DNA of 64,000 bases from the sequence record DRR378314_166. The stretch is one strand, 5' to 3'. Below are positions 10,111 through 20,870 of this stretch, one piece after another; the stretch's first letter is position 1; every line of letters begins with the position of its first letter. Made by a program: the position numbers and the translations under genes. The notes below the pieces were generated by a model. That model did no database searches. It was given only the letters and a program-made list of their open reading frames with translations, and was not told the DNA's origin.

Positions 10111-10908
10111 ATGTCTGATCATCTGATTGTCGAGAAAAAAGGCGCTATTGCCTATATCACCATGAACCGCCCCGAAAGCCGGAATGCCCTGTCTATCCAG
10201 ATGCGGGAAAAGCTGTTGGAGGCCATGCTGGATTTTGAGGTGGATGATGATGTGCGCTGCATTGTCGTCAGCGGTGAAGGAGATCATTTCATGGCGGGGG
10301 GCGATGTTATCTCTTTTGGTGAATATGCAAAACTGCCTGCGGATGAGCGCGCCAAAACATTTGAAAAGCGTATTCATGGTCTGACCCCAACCCTGGTTGC
10401 CATGCGCCGCATGAAAAAACCGATTATTGCAAGTGTGAGAGGGGCGGCTGCCGGTTTTGGCCTGTCCCTGGCGATGGCCTGTGATATGGTGATAGCAGCG
10501 GATACTTCGTTCTATACACTGGCTTATGTCGGGATTGGCACCACTCCGGATGGGTCTGGAACCTATTCTTTACCCCGCATTGTTGGGCTGAAAAAAGCAA
10601 TGGAAATTGCTATGCTGGGCGATCGTTTTGATGCGGCAGAAGCCCATCGTCTGGGATTGGTCAATTTCGTTGTGCCAGAGCAGGAACTGAATGCAGAAAC
10701 AGAAAAACTGGCAAACCGGCTGGCGAACGCACCAACGGTTGCCATTGGCTACACAAAACGGCTGATGCATGAAAGCCTTGTCAATGATCTGGAAAAGCAG
10801 TTGGCACTGGAAGCTGAAAGTTTTGCAACCTGTACAAAGACGGATGACTGGGTTGAAGGCATCACAGCCTTTGGCGAAAAACGAAAACCTGTCTTTAAGG
10901 GCAAGTAA
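10111..10908 (+). CDS. Enoyl-CoA hydratase/isomerase (crotonase, PaaG-like)
   Basis: NRPESRNAL, FMAGGD, GAAAGFG, PDGSGT, KRKPVFKGK. Confidence 0.9.
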   Translation: MSDHLIVEKKGAIAYITMNRPESRNALSIQMREKLLEAMLDFEVDDDVRCIVVSGEGDHFMAGGDVISFGEYAKLPADERAKTFEKRIHGLTPTLVAMRRMKKPIIASVRGAAAGFGLSLAMACDMVIAADTSFYTLAYVGIGTTPDGSGTYSLPRIVGLKKAMEIAMLGDRFDAAEAHRLGLVNFVVPEQELNAETEKLANRLANAPTVAIGYTKRLMHESLVNDLEKQLALEAESFATCTKTDDWVEGITAFGEKRKPVFKGK

Positions 10909-10916
10909 CCGGCCAC

Positions 10917-10947
10917 AAAAAAAGCTGCAGATCCTGCAGCTTTTTTT
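10917..10947. terminator. Bidirectional terminator between the crotonase gene and hemA
   Basis: aaaaaaagctgcag-atc-ctgcagcttttttt. Confidence 0.85.
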
Positions 10948-10969
10948 ATCTATCGAGCCTGGGCGGGTG

Positions 10970-12187
10970 TCAGGCAGCCTGCCTGAGGCCCAATCGGTTC
11001 CAGACCTCTTTCAAGGCATGTACAAGTGCGGCCATCATCTGATCATCATGCAGGGGAGATGGGGTGATGCGAAGGCGTTCTTCACCCCGCGGTACTGTTG
11101 GGAAATTGATGGGCTGAATATAGATTCCGTAATCATCCAGCAGCATGTCGCTGGCCTGTTTACAAAGTGCCGCATCATAGACCATGACCGGCACGATATG
11201 GGTTGGCGTCTGCAAAACCGGTAATCCGGCTTCCATCAGCAGGCGTTTCAGGGTTGCCGCCCGTTCCTGATGGGCGTCTCGTTCGGCCTCACTTGCTTTC
11301 AGGTGGCGGACACTGGCCAGAGCGCCCGCGGCAATCACTGGCGGTAGGGACGTGGTAAAAATAAAGCCTGACGCGTAAGAGCGGATGGCATCGACAATAT
11401 TCTGGCTGGAGGTAATAAACCCGCCGACAATGCCAAAGGCTTTGCCAAGGGTACCTTCCATGATGGTGATGCGGTCCATCAGGCCTTCGCGCTCTGCAAT
11501 GCCACCGCCGCGCGGGCCATAAAGGCCAACGGCATGAACCTCATCAAGATAGGTCATGGCATTATATTTGTCGGCCAGATCGCAGATTTCCTTCATCGGG
11601 GACACATCACCGTCCATGGAATAAACGGATTCAAACGCGATCACTTTCGGCCGGCTCGCCGGGATTGTTTCCAGCTTGGCTTCCAGATCAGCCAAATCGT
11701 TATGCTTGAAAATTACCTTTTCGCAGCCGGAATGGCGAACACCATCAATCATCGACGCGTGGTTCAGTGCATCTGACAGGATAACCGCATTAGGCATCAA
11801 TTTGCCAAGGGTGCTCAGCGTTGCATCATTGGAGACGAAACCAGACGTGAAAACAAGGGCGCTGTCTTTGTCGTGCAGGTCCGCCAGCTCTTTTTCAAGT
11901 TCACAAATCAGATGGGTATTACCGGAAATGTTGCGGGTACCGCCAGCGCCGGCGCCATAAGTCTCAATAGCCTCTTTCATGGCGGTCATGACATCAGGGT
12001 TTTGACCCATGCCCAGATAATCGTTGGAGCACCAAATGGTGATATCTGTTGTACCGTCATCTGTATGTCTTGCAGCCCGTGGAAAGTCACCTGCCTGACG
12101 TCCAAGTTCGGTAAAAACGCGATACCGGTTTTCGGATTTCAGGTTCTGAATGGCCTGCTCGAACACACGCTCATAATTGACAGTCAT
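10970..12187 (-). CDS. hemA: 5-aminolevulinate synthase
   Basis: [35 protein letters not shown] (PLP lysine), [14 protein letters not shown]. Confidence 0.96.
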   Translation of the reverse strand: MTVNYERVFEQAIQNLKSENRYRVFTELGRQAGDFPRAARHTDDGTTDITIWCSNDYLGMGQNPDVMTAMKEAIETYGAGAGGTRNISGNTHLICELEKELADLHDKDSALVFTSGFVSNDATLSTLGKLMPNAVILSDALNHASMIDGVRHSGCEKVIFKHNDLADLEAKLETIPASRPKVIAFESVYSMDGDVSPMKEICDLADKYNAMTYLDEVHAVGLYGPRGGGIAEREGLMDRITIMEGTLGKAFGIVGGFITSSQNIVDAIRSYASGFIFTTSLPPVIAAGALASVRHLKASEAERDAHQERAATLKRLLMEAGLPVLQTPTHIVPVMVYDAALCKQASDMLLDDYGIYIQPINFPTVPRGEERLRITPSPLHDDQMMAALVHALKEVWNRLGLRQAA

Positions 12188-12351
12188 GCCATTCCCATCC
12201 TTCTCTAGCAACAGACTTTTTTCTTTTATTAGTAATTAATGATAAATTATTACTAAATGTTGAATAGCCAATTCAATAGGCTATTGGCAAGGGACAAAAA
12301 GTCGCATCGTTTCTCAGACCAGATAAGAAATAGCCCCCTTTATCTCAATAA

Positions 12352-13233
12352 TCAATGCACCAATAAAATTGGCAGCTTGCAATTTTCCAACATTTCCCCA
12401 GTCACGGCACCAAAAAACAACCGTCTCAGGCGGCTTTTGGTGTAGGCGCCCATAACCACAAAATCAGCGCCAAATTTACCCGCTGCATCCATCAGCGCCT
12501 CTGCCGTGCTCTTGCCGGTCGTGCCGCGAATGGCGCAGCTTTCCGCATTGACCCCATGCAGGGTCAAATACCGCATGGCTTCATCAGGTTTGATATCCTC
12601 GCTCAGATCATCAATGGCAGTGATCAGGGATACTTTGTCTGCGGATTGTAAAAGAGACAAAGACTGGGTGATAGCCATACTGGATTCTACCGATCCATTC
12701 CAGATGACGGCGATCTTTTTGCCAAACTCTTCGGGGATCGGCTCATCAATAACCAGAACCGGTCGGCCGGTCTCCAGAATGGCTGCGTTAATGACCAGCT
12801 CATTTTCTGAATTATCAACAGTCGATTTCTTACAAACAACGATCAGGTCGAACATCCGGCCATAGGCGGGTAGAAAATCTTCCTGATTACCGGTTTTTTC
12901 AACGAAACGGGCGGACGGTGCAGCATGCGGTACCGTTTCAGCAGGCCCTTCAATGGCAATGCCCTTGTCTGCGCAGAGTGTGGAAAACAGGGACCGCGCT
13001 GTTTCGCATCGTTGCTGCGCATCTTTTTCCGCCATTTCAATGACGCTTTCGATCATCGCGGTGGTCATCCCTTCACCGACAAAAGCAGCGGCAGATTTGG
13101 GGTCGCGTTTGACATGCAGAACATCCAGATTGCACTTCAGATGTTTGGTAATATTCAAAGCTGAATTCAGGGAGTTCGTGTCGCAGGGTTTGTCGGAACC
13201 AGTTAAGGGAACCAATACAGATTTGATGGACAT
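12352..13233 (-). CDS. Universal stress protein (tandem USP domains)
   Basis: SVLVPL, GRPVLV, WNGSVES, VMGAY..SRLRRLFFGAVT. Confidence 0.9.
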   Translation of the reverse strand: MSIKSVLVPLTGSDKPCDTNSLNSALNITKHLKCNLDVLHVKRDPKSAAAFVGEGMTTAMIESVIEMAEKDAQQRCETARSLFSTLCADKGIAIEGPAETVPHAAPSARFVEKTGNQEDFLPAYGRMFDLIVVCKKSTVDNSENELVINAAILETGRPVLVIDEPIPEEFGKKIAVIWNGSVESSMAITQSLSLLQSADKVSLITAIDDLSEDIKPDEAMRYLTLHGVNAESCAIRGTTGKSTAEALMDAAGKFGADFVVMGAYTKSRLRRLFFGAVTGEMLENCKLPILLVH

Positions 13234-13309
13234 ATGCACCTCTCAAATTGCGAAATCTGAATCCTATGATACTGCATGTCGGGCCAAAACCCTAACGGTT
13301 TTCAGGCAG

Positions 13310-14899
13310 TTAGAGCTGCGACATAATGACATTGCAGATTTCTGGCGTGGAACCATTTGCGTTTATTCGTATCCAGTCTGTCTGAATTTCCGGTTGTCGA
13401 TCCATCTGCTGGCGCAGGATGTCCACGGTGGCATCGGACGCATCCCGGGAGCGTCCTGAAATCCGTTGGCTCATAACTGTTTCATCGACATCCAGCCACA
13501 GTCCTGAAAAGGGAAAGCCAGCCGACGTGATGGCAGTTTCAAAGGCGGCTCTGTCCTGCTGTCGGTCCAGTACCGCGTCCACAATAACCGGCTGCCCTGC
13601 TTTCAGAGCGCCAAGTGCAAGGCTGATCATCCGCGCATATACCGCTTCGGATATCTGGGGTGTGTAGGCTGATTGTGGCATCGGGCTATAATCATCCCAG
13701 GTGACGAGTAGGCGGCGAATTTCATCACTGCGAATTCGGATGGCGCCAACCCCGTTTCCAAGACGCGGGGCCAGATGGGCCGCTGTGGTTGATTTTCCAC
13801 TTCCCGAATATCCGCCGATGGCCAGTGCACTTGGGGCTTGGCGGTGAAGATAGCGTTGACTTTGCTGAAAAAGCTGCTGCGCGGTGGCTTTAAAGTGATC
13901 CTTTTGCACTGCTGCCTGGCTTTGGTTATACCGATTTGCCGCCACATGGGTGCGAATGCCCGCCCGCATGCTCAGGAAAAAGGGCAACAAGGTTAAACAG
14001 CCAAGGCTATCGGGGTCATTAAAATAGCCTGATTTTCGCAAATACCGGTTCAGGATTTGATTGGCTTCTTTGGCAAAGCCTTTCGTGTTCAGATCCATCA
14101 ACAGAAAGCTGAGATCATAAAGCGTATCGCCAATGGCAAAGTCATCTTCATACTCAATGGCATCAAAAAGCGTGGGCTGGCCGTGCAGCAGGCACATATT
14201 CTGAAGATGCATGTCACCATGGCCAAAGCGGATAAACCCGTTGGCCAGCCTGTCCTGTTCGATCCCGGTAAGCTGCTCATAGCTCTGATGCAGTTCTGAT
14301 CGATAGGTCCTTATCGCTTCCAGGTCGAATAGTTCTGGGCAAAACTGATCCAGTTGCTGGAAATTCTGGTCGATAACTTTGTGAAAATCTGGCAGATCTG
14401 TTGGTGTTGTTATCGGAGCCGCGTTTTGGTGAAAGGTCACGATTTCATCTGTTAATCTATCCTGCAGCTCAGCACTAAATCCATTTTTTTTCGAATAGAG
14501 GTCCAGCCGGTCCTCAGGATCAAATCGGCTCATAACCAGAACGTGATCAACGATATCGCCGTCACCGTCCAGTGAAAAACGACCGTTTGAGGAGCGGTGG
14601 ATCGGGGTCAAGTGAGAATAAAGGGCAGGGGAGATTTTCCTATTAATCCGCAGCTCTTTTTCCAGCAACTGCAGCCGCTTTTGGGGGTTGCTGTAATCCA
14701 TAAAATCAAACTGCACCGGTTTTTTCAGCTTAAGGGCAATGTTGCTGCCCAGTAGGACTGCAGCCCCATGGGTTTCTTCCACGGAGCGACAGGACGGGGG
14801 CAATTGTCCCAGATCCCATTCGGCCGGGGTTGTTTTGAGAAATTCCAGAACAGCTTCATATCGGGACCATTCGGCTGAAGGATGCATCGTCTCTGTCAT
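13310..14899 (-). CDS. Bifunctional aminoglycoside-phosphotransferase-like / P-loop kinase (AAA_33) protein
   Basis: ETHGA..LKLKKPV, HGDMHLQN, FDAIEY; C-terminal GYSGSGKST, RSDEIR, DASDAT. Confidence 0.88.
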   Translation of the reverse strand: MTETMHPSAEWSRYEAVLEFLKTTPAEWDLGQLPPSCRSVEETHGAAVLLGSNIALKLKKPVQFDFMDYSNPQKRLQLLEKELRINRKISPALYSHLTPIHRSSNGRFSLDGDGDIVDHVLVMSRFDPEDRLDLYSKKNGFSAELQDRLTDEIVTFHQNAAPITTPTDLPDFHKVIDQNFQQLDQFCPELFDLEAIRTYRSELHQSYEQLTGIEQDRLANGFIRFGHGDMHLQNMCLLHGQPTLFDAIEYEDDFAIGDTLYDLSFLLMDLNTKGFAKEANQILNRYLRKSGYFNDPDSLGCLTLLPFFLSMRAGIRTHVAANRYNQSQAAVQKDHFKATAQQLFQQSQRYLHRQAPSALAIGGYSGSGKSTTAAHLAPRLGNGVGAIRIRSDEIRRLLVTWDDYSPMPQSAYTPQISEAVYARMISLALGALKAGQPVIVDAVLDRQQDRAAFETAITSAGFPFSGLWLDVDETVMSQRISGRSRDASDATVDILRQQMDRQPEIQTDWIRINANGSTPEICNVIMSQL

Positions 14900-14902
14900 G
14901 GG

Positions 14903-15799
14903 TTAAATCGGCCGCTTTGCAGTCGGTGCTGGATCCTGATGGATCAGGATTTCTGCCGTCGGAAACAGGGTGCTAATAGCGTGTTCCACCTCTTCTGAAA
15001 TTCGGTGCGCTTCTGCCAGTGACTGGTTCGGATCTAGATCCAGATGAAGCTGAATAAAGATCTGTTGTCCGGAACGGCGGGTGCGAAGTTCATGCGCACC
15101 CCAAACGCCGGACTGGCGTCTGGCGGTGTCGAGAATGAGCGCCCGATCGGTATCAGGCAGTTCATGGTCCATCAAATCTTTAAATGACTGGCGGATGATC
15201 GACCAGGCGTTGAAACAGATATAAAGAGCAATTCCCATAGCGAACAGACCATCCAATATCAACAGATCAAAGAAGGTCGCGAGAACTAGGGAGAGGATGA
15301 CAGCCAGATTGACCAGAACGTCGCCGAGATAATGAAGGCTGTCAGCCGAGATGGCAACAGACTGGGTTTTGCGGATTACCGATCTCTGATAAGCGACAAG
15401 AGCGAGCGTTACCGCAATGGAAATGACCATCACAACAATACCGGCCGTGCTGGAAGTGATCGGCTGGGGGTTGGCAATCCGCTCGATAGCATGAAAGGCC
15501 AGAAAGATGGCAGACCCTATAATGAACGCAGATTGAAAAAGACCGGCTAGCGACTCTGCTTTGCCATGGCCGAAGCGGTGCTCTTTGTCCGCAGGAACCA
15601 GTGCCTGGCGAACCGCGATCAGGTTGATTGTGGATGCGCCCAGATCCAGAATGGAATCTATCATGGTTGACAGGATCGAAACTGATCCGGTGACAAAATA
15701 GGCCCAGATCTTGATCAGAATCAAAAAAGAGGCAGCAGCAACCGCAAGATAGGTTGCTTTTCGCATCAATTTTTCGCCTTGCAGGTCCCTTTCAGCCAT
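14903..15799 (-). CDS. fieF: Cation diffusion facilitator, FieF/YiiP-like
   Basis: DSILD, PADKEHRFGHGKAE, ADSLHY..D, RTRRSG, IHQDP. Confidence 0.88.
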   Translation of the reverse strand: MAERDLQGEKLMRKATYLAVAAASFLILIKIWAYFVTGSVSILSTMIDSILDLGASTINLIAVRQALVPADKEHRFGHGKAESLAGLFQSAFIIGSAIFLAFHAIERIANPQPITSSTAGIVVMVISIAVTLALVAYQRSVIRKTQSVAISADSLHYLGDVLVNLAVILSLVLATFFDLLILDGLFAMGIALYICFNAWSIIRQSFKDLMDHELPDTDRALILDTARRQSGVWGAHELRTRRSGQQIFIQLHLDLDPNQSLAEAHRISEEVEHAISTLFPTAEILIHQDPAPTAKRPI

Positions 15800-15826
15800 A
15801 GGAATACTCGATCCTTATTCAGACAA

Positions 15827-16429
15827 TCACGGATACAGAACGGCTTTCTGCCAACCGGCTTCTTGCTTGGTATATTCGTTCCGCTCATGCAGACGGAAGG
15901 GTTTATCCTGCCAAAATTCGATCCGCTTGGGAATAATCCGAAAACCGGACCAGTGGGGCGGGCGCGGAATATGGCCGACAGCATATTTAGCCGCATATTT
16001 GGCAACGGCCGCCTCCAGGGTAAAACGTCCTTCCATCGGGCGGGACTGCTGACTGGCCCAGGCGCCGATCCGGCTGTCGCGGGCGCGGCTGTTGAAATAG
16101 GCGTCGGCTTCCTCGTCACTGACCTGTTCGACGCTGCCGTTGACCCGCACCACACGGCGAAGGCTTTTCCAGTGAAAACACAAGGCTGCGTTTGGGTTTT
16201 GCAGCAGCTCTTTGCCTTTGCGGCTTTCAAAATTGGTGTAAAAAACGAAACCCTCCTCGTCCACATCTTTCAATAAGACCATGCGCACCGATGGCTCTCC
16301 TGCCTCATTGACGGTGGCAAGGGACATGGCATTGGCGTCATTGGGCTCACTTTTATGAGCTTCGTCCAGCCAGGATTTGAATTGGTCAATCAGATCAGAG
16401 AGTTGAGTGAGGCTCATGGGGTACGCCAT
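15827..16429 (-). CDS. pdxH: Pyridoxamine 5'-phosphate oxidase
   Basis: [40 protein letters not shown]. Confidence 0.96.
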   Translation of the reverse strand: MAYPMSLTQLSDLIDQFKSWLDEAHKSEPNDANAMSLATVNEAGEPSVRMVLLKDVDEEGFVFYTNFESRKGKELLQNPNAALCFHWKSLRRVVRVNGSVEQVSDEEADAYFNSRARDSRIGAWASQQSRPMEGRFTLEAAVAKYAAKYAVGHIPRPPHWSGFRIIPKRIEFWQDKPFRLHERNEYTKQEAGWQKAVLYP

Positions 16430-16579
16430 TTTCTTGAATTTCGGGAAATCTTACCCTTAATCTAGTGACCCGCCACCAATCTGTCGACCTTTTGTCTTAT
16501 TGATGCCGTATTCTGTTTCAAAATACAGAAGCAGTAGCATGTTTTCCGGGATCGCTTGCTGATTGCCCGCAATTGAAGG

Positions 16580-17068
16580 ATGAAAATGATGACGGTTACA
16601 AAGACCATACTCTCTGTTTCTGTGGCTGTGATGCTGGTTCTGGGCGGATGCGCGTCGCAGGATCAGGGTCCCAAACAAACCGGCGGTGCCATAATTGGTG
16701 GTATTGGCGGAGCCTTGCTGGGCTCTGCGTTTGGCAAAGGATCCGGGCGGCTTGCTGCCGTGGCAGTTGGAACCCTGGTTGGTGCCATGGTTGGGCAGGA
16801 CGTCGGTAAATCACTGGACGAGGCAGATCGGGCCGCCATCGACCGGGCAGAACGCCGGGCGACCCAGGCGCCAATGAACGAAACCATCCGCTGGGACAAT
16901 CCCGATAGCGGTAATCAGGGCAGCATTACCCCGGTTCGCGAAGGTCAGGATACCAAAGGTCGTTACTGCCGGGAATTCCGCCAGACTGTCGAAATCGGTG
17001 GGCGTTTGGAGGAAGGATACGGAACTGCTTGCCGTCAGGAAGATGGCTCCTGGCAAATAATGTCCTGA
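16580..17068 (+). CDS. RT0821/Lpp0805-family (17-kDa surface antigen) glycine-zipper lipoprotein
   Basis: LGGC lipobox, glycine zipper, WDNPDSG, CREF, GTACRQEDGSW. Confidence 0.92.
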   Translation: MKMMTVTKTILSVSVAVMLVLGGCASQDQGPKQTGGAIIGGIGGALLGSAFGKGSGRLAAVAVGTLVGAMVGQDVGKSLDEADRAAIDRAERRATQAPMNETIRWDNPDSGNQGSITPVREGQDTKGRYCREFRQTVEIGGRLEEGYGTACRQEDGSWQIMS

Positions 17069-17148
17069 TTTATCAGCCTTAGGTCTGTATTTTTGATTGG
17101 TTTTCCCATAAAAAGGGATAAGGGAATTCCAAGATATAGACGGGATAA

Positions 17149-18948
17149 ATGGCGAAACTTACAAAACTGAACATTAGGGCTGCATTGGCTGTGGCCCTTA
17201 TGCTGTCTACCGCGCCACTTTCGCACGCCAGTTTTGAGGATGCGGTTAAGGCCTATGAGGCCGGTGATTATGACACGGCGCTCAAAGAATGGATGGTTCT
17301 GGCGGACAAGGATGATCCTGCCGCCATGCGAAATATCGGTCATATCTATCGCCTCGGTCTTGGCCGTGAGATTAACTATGAAAGAGCGATGCACTGGTAC
17401 AAACGGTCATCGGTTCTGAATTTCCCAAATGCCCAGGCTAATGTGGCATCCATGTATTTGCGTGGGCAGGGGGTTGATCAGGACTATGTCGAAGCGTCCA
17501 AATGGTTCACCAAAGCCGCGCGAAATGGCCATGTGATTTCCCAGTATAATCTGGGCCTGATGTATGAAAATGGCAAAGGGGTGGAAAAAAGCCTCTCCAA
17601 AGCCCTGGCTTGGTATAATCTGGCCGCAAAAGCCGGTCATCCAAAAGCGTTGGATAAACTGTCCTTACTGGTCGCAACAAAACCGGATGTAAAAGTCGCC
17701 CGGGAAGAAGAGACCGTTAAGGTTGTTACCACGCCAGAGCCCGCCGCGAAGCCGCAGCCGGCACCCGTGGCTGAGGAAAAAACGTCCGCCCCAGTCGCCC
17801 AAAAAGCACTGCCAAAACAAGCCGCCGAACCCTCAAAGCCCGCTGCTCAATCGCAATCGGATGCACTGAAAGTGGCTGAAACCGAACCGGTTGATCGAAA
17901 GCCGGCGGCTAGTAAACCTGCGGGCACTTCTGCCTCTTCGACTCCAGCTTCGGCACTATCGCCGACTAAGGTGGCACCAGAAAAACCTAAATTTGATCCG
18001 TTTGCTGGAAGTGCCAATAATAAATCCCTGTCATCTGAACAGACGGGCGCGCCAACTGCGTTCAACCAAAAGCCTGTCGCAGCGGCAAAACCAGAACCGG
18101 CACCGGCACCGAAAGTAACGACGGCCCCTGCGGCTGATGTCGCGGCTAAGCCCGCCCCCGATGCCGAGGTTCGGGCAAATACCAATGCGGCGGCACCGGC
18201 AACGACCGTAACTGAGGCGCAATCCAATACTGCCTTGCCCGCGCCCAAAACCGTTGATACGCAAGCGCTGCAGTCATCAGAGCCGACTGAACCCAAATCA
18301 CTGCCCCTGCCGGATCTGAAAGCGGCGCCAGAAAAGCCCCAGCCAGTTGCTGAACCTGTGACTGAGAATATGTCTGATGGCGCGACGGAAAGCGCAACGG
18401 GCAGCGTGACGGGCCCCGTGGCAAGCGCGCCAATCACTGCGCCCACGGCCTCAACTGCGGTGGCAGAAGCACAAAGCGGGCAGTCAAAAGGCTTTTTCGG
18501 ATCGTTGAAAGAGCTTGTTTTCGGAGAGGACGAGAAGGAAGCAACAGACGAAGCTGAATCTCAGAACACCAACCTGGCAAATGCCCCGACCCCGGCGATT
18601 GAACGCCCGACACCCGCCGCGCCTAAGCCCGTTGAGGTGGTCGTTCCGGTTGATGGTCTGACCATTGATGAGAAACTGGAAATGGCGCAGTTGTCTTTTG
18701 AGGTGGAGCAATATCAGCAGGCCCTCAATATCTGGGCACCACTGGCGCAAAAAGGAAACAGCATCGCGCAGTATAATCTGGGCCTGATGTTTAATGAAGG
18801 GTATGCTGTCCCGGTGGATAGAGTAAAAGCCTATTTCTGGTGGCAAAAAGCCAAGTTGAATGGATCCAAAGTGGCGGCGACTTCTCTTGAACAGTTGGAA
18901 ACAACACTTACTTTTATTGAAAAAGAGCGGTTGAAACAGTTAAACTAA
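17149..18948 (+). CDS. Secreted Sel1-like repeat protein with long Pro/Ala/Thr-rich linker
   Basis: Signal peptide; Sel1 repeats (AQYNLGLMY..G.GV..A..WY) at both ends. Confidence 0.85.
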   Translation: MAKLTKLNIRAALAVALMLSTAPLSHASFEDAVKAYEAGDYDTALKEWMVLADKDDPAAMRNIGHIYRLGLGREINYERAMHWYKRSSVLNFPNAQANVASMYLRGQGVDQDYVEASKWFTKAARNGHVISQYNLGLMYENGKGVEKSLSKALAWYNLAAKAGHPKALDKLSLLVATKPDVKVAREEETVKVVTTPEPAAKPQPAPVAEEKTSAPVAQKALPKQAAEPSKPAAQSQSDALKVAETEPVDRKPAASKPAGTSASSTPASALSPTKVAPEKPKFDPFAGSANNKSLSSEQTGAPTAFNQKPVAAAKPEPAPAPKVTTAPAADVAAKPAPDAEVRANTNAAAPATTVTEAQSNTALPAPKTVDTQALQSSEPTEPKSLPLPDLKAAPEKPQPVAEPVTENMSDGATESATGSVTGPVASAPITAPTASTAVAEAQSGQSKGFFGSLKELVFGEDEKEATDEAESQNTNLANAPTPAIERPTPAAPKPVEVVVPVDGLTIDEKLEMAQLSFEVEQYQQALNIWAPLAQKGNSIAQYNLGLMFNEGYAVPVDRVKAYFWWQKAKLNGSKVAATSLEQLETTLTFIEKERLKQLN

Positions 18949-19004
18949 CTGTATCAATAATTGAACTCCAAAATGTCTCGCATTTTCTATCGGTATAACT
19001 GTAG

Positions 19005-19934
19005 ATGAAAGATCTTTATAAAGCTTTGGGCGTGAAAAGAGACGCCTCACAAAGTGACATCAAGTCGGCTTATCGCCAACTGGCGAAAAAACTACATCCG
19101 GATGCAAATCCCGGGAATGACACGGTGGCGGACCAGTTCAAAGAAGTCTCTGCCGCTTATAACATCCTTGGAGATGAGAAGTTGCGCGCCCGGTATGACC
19201 GCGGCGAAATTGATGAGCATGGCCAGGAACGCTACGCTCAAGGCTTCGGTGGTGGCGGTGGTGGTGCTGCCGGTGCCCGAGGCGCAGGCAGCGGCTATCA
19301 CCAGTCAACTGGTGGCTTTGCTGGTGCGGATGATCTGTTTTCTGAAATCTTTGGCAATTTTCGCCGTGGCGGTCAGCGCAGCCGCGCAACCAAAGGCCGG
19401 GACCGAACCTTTGCGATTGAAGTTACCTTTAAGGAAGCGGCAGTCGGCGGAAAGCGGCGCCTGACTTTGGGGGAAGGCGGTAAAACCCTGGACGTTAAAA
19501 TTCCTGCCGGGATCGTTGATGGCAAACAGATCCGCCTGAAAGGGCAGGGGGAGCCGGGCATATCCGGCGGTGCCGCCGGCGACATTCTGATTAATGTGAC
19601 CGTGAAATCCGATCCAATTTTTGTTCGTGATGGCAAGAATATCCTGCTTGAATTACCGATCAGCCTGCCTGAAGCCGTGCTCGGGGCGAAGGTGGAAGTC
19701 CCAACGGTTGAGGGCGTGGTCAATTTGAAAATTCCTGCAGGTTCCAACACCGGATCAACCTTGCGACTGAAAGGCAAGGGCATCGGTGCGAAGGATAGTG
19801 AGGGCCGTGGGGACCAGCTGGTGAAGCTAAAAGTCGTCCTGCCTGAAAAACCGGATGAAGAGCTGGAAAGCTTTATTTCCACCTGGTCGAAAGACCACCA
19901 ATATGACGCCCGTTCCAAATTTGGACGGAAATAG
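19005..19934 (+). CDS. DnaJ-class co-chaperone without Zn finger (CbpA-like)
   Basis: J domain with HPD, G/F-rich region, DnaJ C-terminal domains. Confidence 0.92.
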   Translation: MKDLYKALGVKRDASQSDIKSAYRQLAKKLHPDANPGNDTVADQFKEVSAAYNILGDEKLRARYDRGEIDEHGQERYAQGFGGGGGGAAGARGAGSGYHQSTGGFAGADDLFSEIFGNFRRGGQRSRATKGRDRTFAIEVTFKEAAVGGKRRLTLGEGGKTLDVKIPAGIVDGKQIRLKGQGEPGISGGAAGDILINVTVKSDPIFVRDGKNILLELPISLPEAVLGAKVEVPTVEGVVNLKIPAGSNTGSTLRLKGKGIGAKDSEGRGDQLVKLKVVLPEKPDEELESFISTWSKDHQYDARSKFGRK

Positions 19935-20028
19935 TCGATTAAAAATGAGGCATTTGTTTTTGACTGGCCATAGGGGGCGGGCTAAAACAAAAGAAATTAA
20001 CTGTAACAGAGCAAATGAGAGCTAGGTA

Positions 20029-20850
20029 ATGACAGGACAAAGCGGTCTGATGAGTGGCAAGAAAGGGGTGATTATGGGCGTTGCCAATAATCATTCACTG
20101 GCTTGGGGGATTGCAAAGGCATTGCATGCGCAGGGCGCGGAAATTGCCTTTACATATCAGGGAGAAGCCCTGAAGAAACGTGTGGGTCCGCTGGCCGAAA
20201 GCCTTGGCTATGACACTGTTCTGGAATGCGATGTCAGTGACGATGCCTCCATGGACGCCGTCTTCAAGGATCTGGAAGAGAAATGGGGCAAGCTCGATTT
20301 TCTGGTTCATGCCATTGGCTATTCTGACAAGGCTCAGTTGCGCGGTAGCTATTCCGACACGACCCGGGATAACTTTCTGATGACCATGGATATTTCCTGC
20401 TTTTCCTTCACTGCGGTTGCCAAACGGGCCGCCCCTTTGATGAAGGATGGCGGCAGCATGCTGACCCTTACTTATTATGGGGCTGAGCGGGTTATTCCCC
20501 ACTATAACGTCATGGGAGTTGCCAAGGCAGCGCTGGAAGCATCTGTGCGCTATCTGGCAGATGAAATGGGACCAAACGGTATTCGGGTGAACAGCATTTC
20601 GGCCGGCCCCATCAAGACATTGGCCGCATCAGGGATCGGTGATTTTCGCTATATCCTGAAATGGAATGAATATAACTCACCTCTCAAACGCAACGTGACC
20701 ATTGATGATGTGGGGGGATCCGCGGTCTATCTGCTGAGTGACCTTGGTTCCGGTGTATCCGGGGAAACCCATCATGTGGATGCGGGATATCATGTGGTTG
20801 GCATGAAACGGGTCGATGCCCCTGATATCACAACCCCTAAAAACGACTAG
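20029..20850 (+). CDS. fabI: Enoyl-ACP reductase
   Basis: GVANNHSLAWGIA, YNVMGVAKAALE, AGPIKTLAASG. Confidence 0.96.
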   Translation: MTGQSGLMSGKKGVIMGVANNHSLAWGIAKALHAQGAEIAFTYQGEALKKRVGPLAESLGYDTVLECDVSDDASMDAVFKDLEEKWGKLDFLVHAIGYSDKAQLRGSYSDTTRDNFLMTMDISCFSFTAVAKRAAPLMKDGGSMLTLTYYGAERVIPHYNVMGVAKAALEASVRYLADEMGPNGIRVNSISAGPIKTLAASGIGDFRYILKWNEYNSPLKRNVTIDDVGGSAVYLLSDLGSGVSGETHHVDAGYHVVGMKRVDAPDITTPKND

Positions 20851-20870
20851 AAATCTGATCGGTAGACAGC

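Noticed and set aside
17847-18446. Long antisense ORFs here and opposite aroC, metG, tadB, pstS, pstC and pstA
   Set aside because: Shadow frames of clearly assigned genes with no motifs of their own
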